Shown here: positions 26,613 through 40,390 of the stretch, piece by piece | How positions within the stretch are numbered: the stretch's first letter is position 1 | Layout of the letters: every line of letters begins with the position of its first letter | From: Camelus ferus | Lineage: Eukaryota | Assembly (NCBI RefSeq): GCF_009834535.1 | Contig: NC_045707.1 | Span: 53,012,001 to 53,076,000, forward strand | Length of the DNA stretch: 64,000 nt | Direction: 5' to 3' | Position numbers and translations under genes: made by a program | Notes under the pieces: model-generated | The model's database searches: none | Told to the model about the DNA's origin: nothing | Seen by the model: only the letters and a program-made list of their open reading frames with translations

Positions 26613-27537
26613 GTGGTACAGGGTGTAACGCACAGGGTTCATGTTGGAGTGATGGGTTTACAGCCTCCCCATCCCGTGCCCCTAAATGGAGACCACAGGC
26701 CTCCCCGTCCCCCAAGGACTGGTGGCCGCCCCGCTTAAAGTCCTCTCCTCCCTGAAGCAATGAAGCCACGCCGGTGTCGAGGTGCCTTGTTTATTCCAGA
26801 CTAAACCCCCTTTACTCTGCTTCCCTCACCTGAGAGATTAACTTAATTCACGCGCAGTGCCACAGATGGACATGTTTCCCAAGGATGGATGAGGACCATT
26901 TGTTTTTTCTTCTTTGGTAGTTTTGGGGGCTTGTTTTCCAAAGGGAAATGTTTTCCTCTCTATCACCTGAAATACATCCGTAGAGTTGAGGGGGTATATG
27001 CTGAAATTAAAGCTAGCGTTCACGCTAAAATCCGTGTGTGTGAAAGGGCAGCTGGAGGAAGAGGAGCCTTTAGGCGAGCTCATGTCCTATGTCTGCGCAG
27101 CGCAGACGCGCTCTGGAGGGACCTCTCTCAGCCCAGTCAGCGTGTACACCAGCCGTCAGCTCACACCACACCTTCCAGATGACTGACTGTGACAGTAAAA
27201 TGCCAGGATTTTAATCCCTATAATTGCTTTCCTATTGGTTAAAAAAAAACTTGAAAGATCAGTTGTGAATCACTTATAAAAACGAAAAGCTTAACAGATG
27301 GTTAAACTTGTGCTCCCCTGCATTACATTGGGCAGATGCTGCTAGAGTGAAGCAGTGTTGTGTATTTTTATGTGTGTTTGTGTATCTTGGAAACACAGCC
27401 ACTTACTGTGTTTCTGTGCAATCCAGTGGCCGTTCTGTGATTGAAACGAACTTGAGACACAAGTATTCTCTTATATGGAAAATCTGTTTTTAGAAACAAT
27501 CATTATATGTGTTTCATGTGATATAAAACAGTGGTTA

Positions 27538-27995
27538 TGTTAGTTTCGTAGAGGTGGTGTAACAAGTACCACAGAGTAACAGGTACCACCAGGAACAAGT
27601 ACACACTGGGAGGCTTCAGAGGACTGAAGTTTATCGTCTTGCTCTTTTGGAACTCAAGGTCAGATATCAGTGCGTCAGCCCCTGAGAGCCGTAGGGGCTC
27701 CCTCCTACGTCCTCCAGCCTCTGGTGTTGGCCACCAGCTGTGTCAGCCTTGTGGGAGCGTCACCCCACCTCTGCCTCTCTCATCGAGTGGCTGAGTCTCC
27801 ACGTGGCCTCCTTTGTGTGTGTCCTTTCTGTCTCCTCTTGTAAGGACACCAGTCATGTTGGATTCAGGCCCACCTGCTCCAGTGTGACTGCAACTTGTAC
27901 CTTAATTAGATCTATTTTCAAATAAGGTCCTTTTCACAGGTACCAGGGTCAAGACTTCAGCATTTCTTTGTAGGAACAGAATTCAACCCACAACA
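27538..27995 (-). mobile_element. MaLR LTR (MLT1-like)
   Basis: TGTAACAAGTACCACA; TAAGGACACCAGTCATGTTGGATTCAGGCCCACC; GAATTCAACCCACAACA end. Confidence 0.8.
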
Positions 27996-27999
27996 GTGA

Positions 28000-28920
28000 C
28001 CTTTCCTACAGTCGTGTATAAAGGGTGAAGGCCATGCTGAAGTGCAGGCTGATCGGCTGTGGCAGGTGCGCAGTGGTGCTCCGGCGCAGTCGAGGCAGTG
28101 CGTGCTCCTGGCCCCGCGCCCCCGGCCTCTGCGATGTGCTGTCTGTCACTCTGATGCGCCTGCACTTTGCCGGCTGTTGTGTGAACAGGATAATTCGGGA
28201 GCGGACTCTGTCTTTTCCTTCGGCCGCTTTAACTCAGTGTAACTATTTTAAGATTTGTCCTTGGTTTTATTGCTGCCTCAGCTTCTGGTTATAGATTTAT
28301 GGCATTTGTTGGTTGATGGTGGAGCGATTTCCAGATTTTGGCCGTTTCCCCTCCATGTACAAGTCCTGTGCGGACGAGTTTTCATTCCTCTTGGTGAATG
28401 GCTGGGTGTTTGGCAGCACCTACCTAATGTTTTGAGAAAGGGCTAAACCGTTTTCCAGAGAGGTCGTACCATTTACGTTCCCACCAGCAGCGTTGGAGGG
28501 TTCTGTTCCCTCCACATCCTCGCCAACACTTGGCATGGTTTTTTTCCAGTTTTGGTCATTTGAGGGGAGAGTCCTGCTACCTCTTAGTGGTTTTGTTTGC
28601 ATTTCCCTGATGACTCATGAAGTCAAGTATCATTTAATGCGCTTATCTGCAGTTCTGTGTCTTCTTTGGCAAAATGTCCGTTCGGGTATTTGCCCGTCTT
28701 TCATTGAGTTGTTTCTTGGTTGAAGCAATGCTTTACATATTCTAGATACAAGTCCTTTGTCAGATACAGATTTTGCAAATGTCTCCTCCCAGTCTGTGGC
28801 TTGTCTTCTCATTTTTATAAATGCCTTTTGAAAATTTTTTTGGATACTTTTTTGATCTTTTTCTTTTATGTAAAGCTTGTGCCTTCTGTTTCCTATTTAG
28901 GAAATCTTTCCCCAACCCAT
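28000..28920 (-). mobile_element. Old LINE-1 fragment
   Basis: CCATTTACGTTCCCACCAGCAG; TTTGCATTTCCCTGATGACT; TATTCTAGATACAAGTCCTTTGTCAGATA. Confidence 0.82.
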
Positions 28921-30199
28921 GCCCCACTCCCGTCAATAAGATTATTAATAAATATGTTCCACATAAACTTGAATTATTTTTTAAAACCGCTTGGTCTCTC
29001 TTGACCGTTTCTTGCTTTTCTGGCAGGTGAGTGTCTTACAGCCTCACAGGGTCCTCACCAGGGTCCTGGGGGTTCAGGGTGTCTTCCTTTTCTCAGGAAA
29101 GGGAGAGGAGTCCTCGAGACCCAGGACTGGTGATTTGGGATTTGAACGGGGCTGGACGCAGAGTGTCGTATGTTCCGAATGTTATCTCTTAACCACAACA
29201 CTTAGGCTTCACTTGGGTTTCAGGGTTAAGACTTCCTACCTGGAAGGTCTGAATACACTTGACTGTATCTTAGAAGTTAAAAATTCACCAAGAGTAACCT
29301 CCTGTGATGCCTGTTGAAACAAAAATGGAATTTTTCTGCCTCATAGATAATTCGTAGATATTTGCCAGAGAAAATATCTAGGTTAAAAAACCTTAAAAGA
29401 TTACGTCTTTGTGTCATAATGAATATATTACTTAAAATTAAACATTGCAGGAATATCCAGCTTTTTATCTTGCCTAAATATTGTCCTCCTAGCCCAGCAA
29501 ACAGAGCAGGGGGCAACCGGACAGGCAGGAGGCTGTCCTGAACCAGGGCTGATGTCTGAGACTTTCTGCTCCAACTTTGGTTCTCAGTTCTCACATAGAA
29601 AATTGGTTGGGACAGAACTCAAATTCTGCTGTGTTTTGGAAAATTTCAGTAACATTTCCAGGTACAAGAAAATATATTCTATGTTTCATGGTAAAAATTA
29701 ATGAGGATAGTCCTGGAAGTGTTGGAGATAAACTGATGCTACGCGTATTGTGAGCAATGGGGTTTTTATAAAAGTACAGCCAGTATGCAAGATCAGAATT
29801 TTCTCTGGATGTGGAATCACCCTTTGTGTGGTGGTCCACAAATACCTTTGAAATAGATTCAACCGAAGATATTAGCTGTTCAGCACAAACCGTCGTTGTG
29901 GCTTCTCCTGATTTGTTGTGCTTTATTTAGAGGATGCGTTGTTGGCTGGGAGTTTCCTGCCCGGGGCTGTAAAGTGCCTTTGCCTCGGCTTCTGGTTCAG
30001 TCCACAAGGGCACGGTCCTGCCTCGAGCCAGGGCTGGGGATGTGAAGTTGATCAAAACGTTTGTTCTTTGCTAACATAGTTAGCGTGTGGAGGAAAAGGC
30101 AGGGCAGAGATACTCAAAAGCCACTGCACTGCGGGAGGGCTGCCCACGATGCCAGAGAAACAAGGGCATTGACTGACCGATTACCTGGTGCTGAGGACA

Positions 30200-30395
30200 G
30201 AGGGAGTTGGCAGATGTGAAGGGCCAGGTGATATACATTTCAGGCTTTGCGGGCTGTGTCACGACCGCTCAGCCTGTGTTGTGTGAATGCAGCCGGAGGA
30301 AATGGGTAAGTGCACGTGTTGCAGCTAAACTGTATGTAGAAAAAGCAGACGGGGGGCCCGGTGTGGCCTGTGGGTCCGGACTTGCCGACCACAGG
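30200..30395 (+). mobile_element. MER58A-like hAT MITE
   Basis: AAGGGCCAGGTGATATACATTTCAGGCTTTGCGGGC ... TTGCCGACC. Confidence 0.75.
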
Positions 30396-30657
30396 CTTCA
30401 GGCAATCACTGTGTCTCATCTCCCAGGGCCTCGGGCCAGGAATCCAGGTTCAGTACCGCCCAGCGCCTCTGGCTGTGGGTCTTTGATGACATCGCCATTA
30501 TGGGGCAGGTGGCCCCAGAGAGGGGCGGGAGCCCGGGTGCTGTAGGTCCTGATCTCAGAAGTGACCTCTTGTCACTTCAGCAGTTGTATCTTTAGAAGCC
30601 GGTCAGTACATCCAGCCTGGACTTGGGAGGGAGGGGGTTACACACGGGCGCAAACAC

Positions 30658-31090
30658 TGTCAAAGAAAAAAATTTGCAGCCCCCGCTAAAGAGCAGTAAG
30701 GCGGACTGTGTCCAGGACCCCCGGATGGGTGCCGGGGCCACTGCGGCAGGAGTGGGGCCTCTACTCCAAACACAACAAGGGAAGGTAAGGATTTGCAGCC
30801 AAGGGGAAGGTGGGGTCAGTGGGTGGAAAATTACGAGAGGAAACATGGGCTGGGGGGTCGGTTTCTGGCTAAAGTGACCTCCCAGGATTCCTGCCGAAGA
30901 CAGGCCTGGTCGACCAGACATCCCCAGGGGTGGTGGGAGGCTGAGGAGGTGACCAGACACAGAGAGTGACCACATCTGGAGGAGGAGCGGTGCTGGCTTA
31001 GCTGACATGGCAGGATTCTTGCTGAAGCTGGGCCACACAGAGGTGACCACTGACAATCAAACGTCAGGGCCCCGTCAGAGAGCTCAGCAA
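30658..31090. mobile_element. ERV-type solo LTR, degenerate; right end approximate
   Basis: Begins TGTCAAAGAAAAAA; GGATTTGCAGCCAAGGGGAAGGTGGGGTCAGTGGGTGGAAAATTAC resembles ERV1 LTR consensus as recalled. Confidence 0.65.
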
Positions 31091-34000
31091 AACTAGGGGT
31101 GGGGGTCCCTGGGGAGGAGCGATCGAGGGCAGTGCCTGGAGCAGAGCCGCGTGGGCCCGGGTCTCCCTCTGCCCAGGTCTGCGCTTCCATCTGTGGCCAA
31201 CACGGCCGGCACCCCCACGGGCACCTTCATTTCCTCCCACCCCGCTCGCCCCTGATTCTCTTGCATTTATGACTTTATGGCTGGGCTTCAGTAAACATTT
31301 GCTGAATAAAAACAGAGAGGATCCCGAAAGGAAGCTGACATCGGCAGACGAGTTCTGGGAGCTGTCAGACGGATTCCCGTGTTCTCTGTTTCGGCCTCTT
31401 TCCCCGTTGGTGAGGGGGCAGTGGGGGCTCCTCACCCAGGGGCCCAGGTGCCTGTGTCACCGTCAGGGGCATGTGCACCCTTTGCCTTGGCCGAAGGGCA
31501 GGCCGTCTGAGGGCCCAGTCACTCGGAGACTGTTTCTGGGGACCCTGTGTCCCCCGTCACAGCAGCTTCCCCGTAATAACGGAGATCCTGACCACCTGCG
31601 GTCACTTCGTGGTTCCTCGCACCGCCCAGCAGCATGGCCCCTCGACCCAGAGCCACCGCAACCCTGGACCACGTCCTCCTCTCTGACAGCAGCCTCAGTC
31701 CGGGCAGCCCTCCAGACCTGCGTCCACGCCCGCCAGCTGGCCAGCCTGCCAGCCTCCCAGACCATGTTTAACGCCCTCCACGCTTCAGGGCCATGGTCAT
31801 TCCCTGGACCCACCCTGCACCGGTCCCCATCAGATCACTCTCGAAGTCTGCTTTCTGTGCAAGTAAGTGATGAAAGCAGTTTTCTGTTCCACAACCTCAG
31901 CTTCCGCCTGGTGCTGCTGGGCAGCCGTGTTTTACTGGTTCTTCTGTCATCCTCACTGGTGTAAGATCTCCCTCTGTGCCCTCCCCATGCTTGTTTAAAT
32001 AAACTTTATCTGGAGACCCTTTTAGATTTAGAGGGAAGTTTCACAGCTGGCGTAGTGGTTTCTCCTTTCTCTCAGTGTCTGTTTTGGAGGTTGGTGGCTG
32101 AGGTGGGAGGTGGGCAGTGGGGAGGGCTGGTGCAGGCCGGATGGACAGAACTCTCTGGATGCCGGACGGATGGGAGGACAGCTGCTGGCCTGTTTGAGGG
32201 ACAGACTGGCTTCTGCCAGGACGTCCGGAAGGGGAGGGGGCGCAGTGACAGGCCCGACTCCGCCACCCACTGTTTGGCTCCACCCGTTCACCTTGCAGAG
32301 ACCCTCATGTCCTGCCTGTCTGGCCTTTATCTGACGGGGACTGAGGGCCAGGTAGCTGGTGAGGAAGGAGAAGCGGTAACAAGACAAGGTCTCCCCTCTT
32401 CACGGTCATTTTGTGACAGAAATTGTTCTGAGGATCACAGTTACATTGTAGATTTTGACCACTCAGAAGGCGGGAGGCTCAGAACCCCCCACCCCCCAGG
32501 GTCGTGTCCTCGGCCACTGACCCTAGGTGACCGACAGGCCCAGGCGGGGCGGTGAGCAGAGGTCTCTGAATCCCAGGGCTGTGTCGAAGTGTGTTCTCGT
32601 CCGGCAGGGGAGCTCAGGGACGACCACAGCGAAGCCGCCTGGAACCCTCATCCTGTCTGTGCACAGCAAGGGGTCGCACGTCGGGTGCTCCAGAGGGTGG
32701 GGGTTCCCTTTGTTCTCCGCTTGATTCTTGAGACTGAAACAAAGAGGATCCCTGTCTGGGCAGCACCCAGTGTGGAAATATTCCAGGAATCCCCAGACGT
32801 GTCCCTGGAACCAGGGTGCTGACAGAGCGGGTCCTGGGGGGGCCGCCCGTTCCTGTCCTGCGGGCTGAACAGGGAGTCCATCAGTGGCCTCTGTCCTGCA
32901 GGAGCCAAGGTGGGGAGTTGACCTGGACACCCAGCGAATGACCTTTTACAATGTGACCCACTCCCCGTCCTTCCCAGTTTCGGGTGCAGGTGCTGAGTGA
33001 GTCGTGTGTCTGTTACTGGGTCAGGGCCGTGGGCTTGAGAGTAGCCAATCAACTTTGGCCTCTGGTAGAGATCCAGGTTCAATCAGGAGAGAAAAGCCAC
33101 AGAGTCATTTGAATGGGGAAGGTTCACTGTAAAGTCAAAGTCATTCACTCTGACAAGGTTGGACAGCAAGGGTTTGGCTGCCGGGAACAGGGCACTGGGA
33201 GCTAGGAGTGGAAAGTATGTGAAGGATCTGAGCTTGTGGGGAGCCTTTGTGCAGGGAGGGAGCCAGGAAGCCCTTGTAAGGTATCTCCCTCCAAGGCTGA
33301 CTGGCTGGGAGTGGGGAGGTGGGCAGAGCCGAAGCCGCCCTGCCCTCAGGACCCCACACAGGGAGTCTCCTGCAGCAGCCCTGGGGAGGTGGGGACAGCC
33401 ACTCTCCCAGAGCAGCAACTCCACGAGAAGCTGTCAAGGACTGGGCAGGTCTGCCTCCCCGTGGTCATGACCACTGCAGTTAGCCTCCTGCCAGATCTGC
33501 ATGATCCCTCTTCCTGAGAAGTGCTAAAGGCACTGAGCTGAGAGCTTTCTCCCTAACCCTGCAAACGGCTGTCAGATCCCAGTTCATTTTGTGGGCAGTG
33601 GGTCCCATGGGGAGAGAGGAGGACTGGACGGACCAGAAGCCAAGGAACAGCTAGACACACATGGGACAGATGCACCGTCACAACTTCACTGCCTCGTCCC
33701 CTGCGGGTGACCTCAAGTCTCCTTATTGCACTGGGAAAGCTAAGGCACCATAGCTAAAGTAGTTCCTCACCTTTCTGTTTGTGCTTTGCAAAATTTGAAG
33801 TTAATGAAAGAAAAGAAACCTTTTAAAAGTTATCAAAAAACCAAACTTTTTAGTTTCTCCACTTCCTCTTGTCCATTATTTTTAAATATTGTTTAATGTG
33901 CTAAAATGTACAAGAAAACATGTTTTTTGTTAAAAAGAAAACAACTGATTGGATCATTTCTTTTACTTTACCCTTTGATTCTGTTGGTTTTGCTGCAAGG

Positions 34001-37000
34001 TAATCCCTGAAGGGAGGTGGGCTGTAAGCTTAAACTACACGTGATGGCCCACCTCTGGGAACCCTGCCTCCCAGGAAATGAGTGTTAAGCTAAAGTACCT
34101 TGTTGAGCTCACAGGAAGCATCCTGACCAGGCCCACCTGGGAGCGACTGCAGGAAGGAGGAAATGAACACAGCCTTCCGGAGCCAGCCGGACCGGACCGG
34201 AACAGGAAACGACCAACTTTCCTCCCTCCCCTTTGAGTATAAAGGAAGCCTGAATTCTAACTTGGGGAAGGGGTTCATGCATCCTGTCTTCTCTGGCTGC
34301 GGACTTGCTTTCCAGAGTCGTTATTCCTTGCCTGCCACCTCACCCCCTCCAAAACAAAGAAAGACAAAAAAGAAAAAAACAACAGCTGGCAAGGAGAGTG
34401 GATTAAAATTGGAAAGGGTTGTTTTCACCAGAAAAAAATGCTGCTTTCTGTCCTGAAATTCTCACCGGCTTTCTTGGCCGTGTCGCTGAGGAGAGGAAGC
34501 CCACGATGAGCTCAGGCACAGACTGAAACCGGGGCTGACTTCCTCCACCAGCTCAGCTGAAGGCCAGCGCTCAGTGAGCCGTTCCAGCTGAGTCAGAACT
34601 GAAACAGGAGTCTGACTGGAGCCAGAGACAGTGCTGGCGGCCGCACAGCCATACACGGGCTCGTGGACACACTGCAGGGGCTTCCCTTAGCCGGCTTTCT
34701 CCTAAGACAGCACCCTTACTAAAAATATTGCCCTCTGTGTCTGAAACATGAGGCCCCTCAAGTTTGTCTGTTTTGGTCAGGACACAATACATCCCTTAAA
34801 AGAGATGATTGGGGTGAGACTGTGTGTGTGTGGGTCACAGTATGAGTCAGAGGGAGAAGGTGATCTGAATAATGGAGGCGTTTTTCCCGGGGACGTTTAA
34901 AAATGCAGAGAAAAGTTGCCCAACCTCTAAGAGAATTTTAAGAATGTTAAGTGTTTGAGTGACTGAGGAAGCATGGGAGGACACCTGAGAGAGTTTCCAG
35001 GTTCTGACAGCGCTGGGAGTTCCTTCACAGACAGGAGGTCAGAGAGCTGGACTCTTAGGTGGAGACCCCCGGGGAGGCACCCGCTCAGCCTGCCCGGTCC
35101 TGGGTCCTATTGTGGAGGCTTTATCTGAGCGCTGATCTGATTGTTGGAGAAAGTCAATGCGGAACGTGCAGCCTGTGGAGATGGGTTTGTGGGCAGGGCT
35201 GCTGGCCCCTCCGCTGTCTGGAGCCCTCTCCTTTGCGGAGAGCCCCTCCCCAAGGGGAGCCCTGTCCGTCATGGGGAGCCCCTGTGCCGTGGGGAGCAGT
35301 GCTCGGTCTCTCTGAATCCCTCAGTGCTCCGTAGGGGACCCCAGGAGCCAAGTTAGAAGCTTCCCAGAAAAACCTGAGGGCTGGGCCAGCTTCAGAGGGG
35401 CTGAAAGTTCGGCAGGAGGGTGCAGGGGCGTCCTGGTCCTGTCCTTTTGTGCTGGAATAGATTGATCATCACCATTAAAGATGGTTCTCACAGTTGCCTG
35501 CAGCAGCCCTGCTCTTCTTTACAATCTCGAGTGGATTTTAAATGGGATGGAGATGGGACATTATGCTGTCTCGAGGTGGCAGGAACTAGTGATAACTGAT
35601 AACTCTGCCTTCATACATTTTCTGTAAGAAGCTGAATTCCATTTGGGCTGACAGGTGGGGAGCTCAGTTCACCAGACAAAGCCATGCAGCCCAGTCCCCA
35701 GTCCTGTCCCTGGTGCCCACAGCCCACACAGATCGCCGTGCACATATCGCCCCGCACAGATTGGCTGTCAGTTCTGTGCCCTTGACGACCTTGCCTTCTG
35801 CTCCCCAGTCCACTGCTCACCCAGTGAGGCCTGCGTCTCTCGTGATGGGGCTGCAGGGACAGTCCAAGTCTGAGGCTGGGGATCACCAGGGGGTGCCCTG
35901 CGGTGGGGGTCTGCTATGCCAGGCCATCTCCTCCCCTTGCCTGCCCCGGGCTCTGAGGCTGGTGCTCGTTGGATGATTAATGTTCCTGCAGGTGGTCTGG
36001 AGAGATGGACTTCCCAAGACACAGGCCGTGAGTACCAGTCAGTGGGTCAGGACTGCGAGACGAGCTGTTTCTTTGCAGGACTCTGCCTGTTGTGGGCGGG
36101 CCATTTCCAAGCCATTTCTGGACATGTCTTGTGTCTGCCCCCCCCCCCCCCGCCTACCTCCAGCGGTCCCGCAGTGGCAGGTCTTCTGCTCAGGAACAAA
36201 GCCAGGACGGTCTGTCACACACAGGAGACCTGCAGCATCTTTCTACTGGAGACAGGTGTTAAGTGTTGCCTTGAGGATGGAGAGTGCACCTGCTGAAGCT
36301 TGTCACCCTGGGGCTGAGTTGCATTTTACTTGCTTTCCTTGTGAGGGACATGGACACACCTCTTGGAATACCGCCCGGTTGGGTGCTGTGAGTCTTCTCT
36401 CCAACACTGGAGGTCTCTGTCCTGTGGGCACATGTGGTTTCAGAGCAGGTGGCAGTGGGGGCAAACAGCCTTCCCCGCCATGGCCCCCATCACTGACCTT
36501 GGTACCCTGTTACTGCCCCCAACACTGACCCTATCACTGCCCCCCACCTCCCCTCATCACGGCCACACTGGCCTGAGCGGTTGGGGGCAGCAGGGAGGCA
36601 GCGGTGACATTCCCTGTGTTCAAACATAACATAAAATAACCAAGGGAGTGGTGCGAGCCGTTACTCCTTAAGAAGCTGAGACCTCAGTGGAAGAGCTGCC
36701 TCCCCACTTGGCCTCAGGCCCCCACCCCAGCTCCTCTACGGTTTTGGCACCAGGAGTCTGTGGGGTCCAGAGGCCTCCTGGGCCCCGGGAAGGTCTGGAG
36801 ACCCAGATGGCCAGGGCTTTGCTCCTGGGAGAGGCCGGTAAGGGGTGAGCGGTGGACAATGGTAGCAGGCTCTCCCTGCCCCACCTTTCCTTCCTTCTCC
36901 CCCGGCCCCCAGACATGGTGTTCCTTGGTAATAAAAAGAAGGAAAGGAGGAGAGAATGAGATCTGGCAAAACTGAACAGCCACGCCCTGTCTGAGCACCT

Positions 37001-37689
37001 TGGCTTCCGGTGACCGGTTGGTCCGTGGCGAGGACTGTGCCAGGCACCCTGGTTAACATGGGTCCAGCTGCAAGTAGAGGAAACCAGGAAGAAGGGGGCC
37101 TCCTTTGCCTTGTTTATTAGCACTGTGTCCCTGAAATAGTGCAGCTTGGAGAGCTGAGGGGATTTGTGCTACGTTTCCAGCACCATCTGAATTGGAAGAA
37201 GGACACAGTGGGGTGACTTACTGAGGGTGTGGAGGGTTTGGCAGCCGGTGGGGAGGAGGGTCAGGACCGTCTCTGGTCCAGGCGCGGCCCTCTGGCTCAG
37301 GCCACAGTGAGATCTGCGAGCCAGGCCACGCTCCGGGCACTGGGGAAGCAAAGCACAGCAAAACCAGATTTGCCCTAATTCAGCCTCCCCCTCAGTCTTC
37401 ATGGTCAAGAATCAAGTCGTTCTTTGAGCGTTTCAGTTTCATCAGAGGGACAGATAAGACTCTAGAGCGCGCACGAACTATGAAAAGTCTCCACTTTTCA
37501 TTTCATCCTTCTCTGTAATGTTTGCATTTTTCCCAAATGCAGGTAGTACTCTTTTTCCCTTCTTGTCAGTACGACTATCTGGTGACATTTCTGATCTCCT
37601 TTTTGTGACTATCTGCACATATGTGAGCTTAATACATATGATAAAAGTCGGGGCTGCGCCCCAGCAGAGCAGCTGAGATGCATGATAGC

Positions 37690-38110
37690 GCCATGCCGGG
37701 GGAATGTGGAGGGGCTGTGTCTCTCCAGGTTGCTGGTGGGAATGTGAAATGGAACGACCACTAGAAAGTAGTTGGGCAGTTTCTTTAAAAAACTAAAAAA
37801 ACTAAACATACGCTTATCACACAACTCAGCAATCTCACTCTTGAGCACTTATCCCAGGGAAATTAAAACTTAGAAACCTGCACACCGCGCGATTCACAAC
37901 AACCCCAAACCGGAAACTACTTCAGTGTCCTCGGGGGGTGGACGGCTGAACAGGCGGCGCTGGCTCCACGGTGAAGACTGTCCATGTCTGTCACAGCTCT
38001 GGTGGGTCTCAAGGACATTTGCTGAGTGAAAACACCCAGTCTCGGACGGTCTCGTGCTGCACAACCCCACATCTGTACGTGTCTCAGTCAGCTCGGTCCT
38101 GATGAAGACG
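37690..38110 (+). mobile_element. Old LINE-1 fragment
   Basis: GCTGGTGGGAATGTGAAATGG; CAGCAATCTCACTCTTGAGCACTTATCCCAGGGAAAT; TCTCAAGGACATTTGCTGAGTGAAAA. Confidence 0.78.
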
Positions 38111-38543
38111 GAGAGGTCCCAGCCTGGCACTCATCCCAGTGCCCCCTAGAGCAGGGTGGGGGTCAGCCGGCTCCCAGGAGCCTTGCGCCACCACAGTTGG
38201 GAGGCACAGCGCCAGGGCCTGGGGACGGCCACCTGGCACGTGGGCACGTGGGTGTTTCCGTCCTTGGGAGCCGGCCGCCAGCCCTGTCCTCCCGCTGTTC
38301 ACAGCTGTCTGGGGGCGGGGAGGTGCCCGGCAGAGGCCGGGTCGCTGGTGTGGAATGTTTTCTGGAGCTTCCAAAGGGCTCTTAATGTGAAGGGCAGCGA
38401 GCCGGCAGGCTGACGTGTGGGAACCGGGAGTGACCTGCGGGAAGCCCCCGCACTGCCCCTCCCTCCCATTACTCCCCCACCTCCCGGTTCGTCCCTGCTC
38501 CCAGCGTGCTCCTGGCAGCTGTTCCCACTCTCACCCGCTCCCC

Positions 38544-38725
38544 ATGGCGCTCCCAGCCGGGCTGCGCCCCCCACTCATCCCCGAGGATGGAGAGGTACCC
38601 CCTGCGGCCCGGAACGGGGTCCTCCCTGCCCCCAGCAGTGAGGATGAGAGGGCTGTGTCTAGGCTACAGCGCAGGCAGAGCGACGTCCAGGTTTACAAGG
38701 AGTTTTGTGACTTTTATGCGAAATT
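38544..38725 (+). CDS. LIMS1: Alternative first coding exon (MALPAGLRPPLIPEDGEV...DERAVSRLQRRQSDVQVYKEFCDFYAK-F); 387-aa isoform with terminal exon B
   Basis: CCCATGG start; TT|GTGAGT donor in phase 2 (TT+C=Phe). Similar to the human long N-terminus ending DERAVSKLQRRHSDVKVYKEFCDFYAKF. Confidence 0.92.
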
Positions 38726-39909
38726 GTGAGTGTCCCTCCCCCCCGGGGGGGCTGGGAGGTCACTGCCTTGGGTTTGACCCCTGGACCTTTAGCAGGCACT
38801 TCCCAGGGCGAGGGTGGCGGGGCGGGCGCCGGCACACATGCCAGCCTTAGTTGGACCTCCTGCGTGAAATGTAGAAAGGAGATGCTGCCGGGAGTCGACA
38901 GGTCTGCGTGGGCTCCTGATTGCAGTGTGTTTCCATGTTGTGATCTCGGAATGACTGCAGGTCTCCAAGCTGTTGATCATGGGTTCAGGGGAGTTTAACT
39001 GACCTGACGCTCTGTTTCCACCTGTCTCTTCTGTGCGTTTTGGCAACAGCTGTCACTTGTCTTCACAAAGAGCTCGTTTGACAGTAATCAGGCAGTTATT
39101 ACACTGTAACCAAAATGCTTGGTAAACTCTCAGCTTGGTAAACTCTTCTGGGTTTTCATATTTGCATTTTAGTGCTAGAAAATTCGTTTCACATACTTTG
39201 AGAAATTAGGAGGTTGAATAACGGAAAGCTGGAGGACACCACGTTTTCTGTGTGCAGTTCATTTGTGGACGAGGTCAGCTGAAACAGTTACGACTGGACA
39301 GTCATGAAGACTGTGCTCAAGGCTCTTACATTCCCCGACATGAAAATCCTTTTCTGAAGAATTAGTCAGTTGATCATAACTAACCAATGACAGCTCATCG
39401 TCCATGGCTTTTAAAAAGAAACTTCTGTCATCTGTCTTAAATGTGACAGTCTGTAAACAACACGCAGGTCAGCGTGGGTCTGTCAGTTCACAGCTGGGGG
39501 ACGCTGGGGATGGCGCGGTCGGGGGGACGTGGCAAATTTCTGCGTCTTCCACTCAGTGTTGCTGTGAACCTAAAACTGCTCTAAAAAACAGTCCATTAAA
39601 AAAATAAAAATACACAGTGCTAGAGGGTCAAAGTCAAGAGGCAGAGAAATGCGAGCACTTCAGTAGGTGGGTGGGAGTATTAATTGGTTTGTTTTCTGAA
39701 AGTTTCCTCGAATACTGCCTCCCTTCTTTTCCTGCTTGTTGTTAAAATGAATCCTTCTTTGAAAATCTGCATTACTTTATCTGTAAAACTAGCTTATTTT
39801 TCCCGTGTGGGGAAAAACTTCATGCTTATTTTTACAAAGTGTCTGCTACCTTCTAACTACTTGGGTATTTGAACTTGAATATAATCAGTCTGCAGTACAG
39901 CGAGTATGA

Positions 39910-40390
39910 ACAGGTCAGTTATACATGTTTTGATCGTGGGGCCCCTTTATAGTCTTAGAAACTTTTAAGGTCTCCAAAGAGCTTTTGTTTTATCAGCATG
40001 TACAGTATTAGAGAATAAAACGGAGGAAATTTTTAAGTATTTGTTAATTCATTTAAAATAACAATAAGCATATTATACATCAATAATAAATATTAATACT
40101 GGTTTTTTTATGAAAAATGAGTGTTTCCAAAACGATAAAAGCTTGATGTGAAGAGTTGCATTGTTTTGCATTTTTGCGAATCTCATTAATGTCTGTCTTA
40201 ATAAAAGACAGTTTCCCTTGCATTGGTTTTACTGTAATATGTTGTTTTAGATGAAGTGTATGAAGAAGATGCTCTGAGGTGTGGTGGACGGGGGAGGAGC
40301 CTCCCCCCCAGGTGCGGTGGACGGGGGAGGAGCCTCCCTTCGAGGTGCGGTGAACCAGGGAGGACCCTTCCAGCCCAAGGGAGTCACTGA
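39910..40390 (+). mobile_element. Charlie4a-like hAT DNA transposon fossil
   Basis: GGCCCCTTTATAGTCTTAGAAAC...CCAAAGAGCTTTTGTTT...TTAATTCATTTAAAATAACAATAA; ends GAGTCACTG. Confidence 0.65.
40276..40360 (+). repeat. About 32-bp tandem triplication (AGGTGCGGTGGACGGGGGAGGAGCCTCCC...)
   Basis: Two near-identical units and one degenerate unit. Confidence 0.8.

Noticed and set aside
31269..31964. 231-aa plus-strand ORF and many other 60-230-aa ORFs in the track
   Set aside because: Low-complexity GC-rich chance ORFs or L1/LTR remnants with no recognisable domain or splice support.
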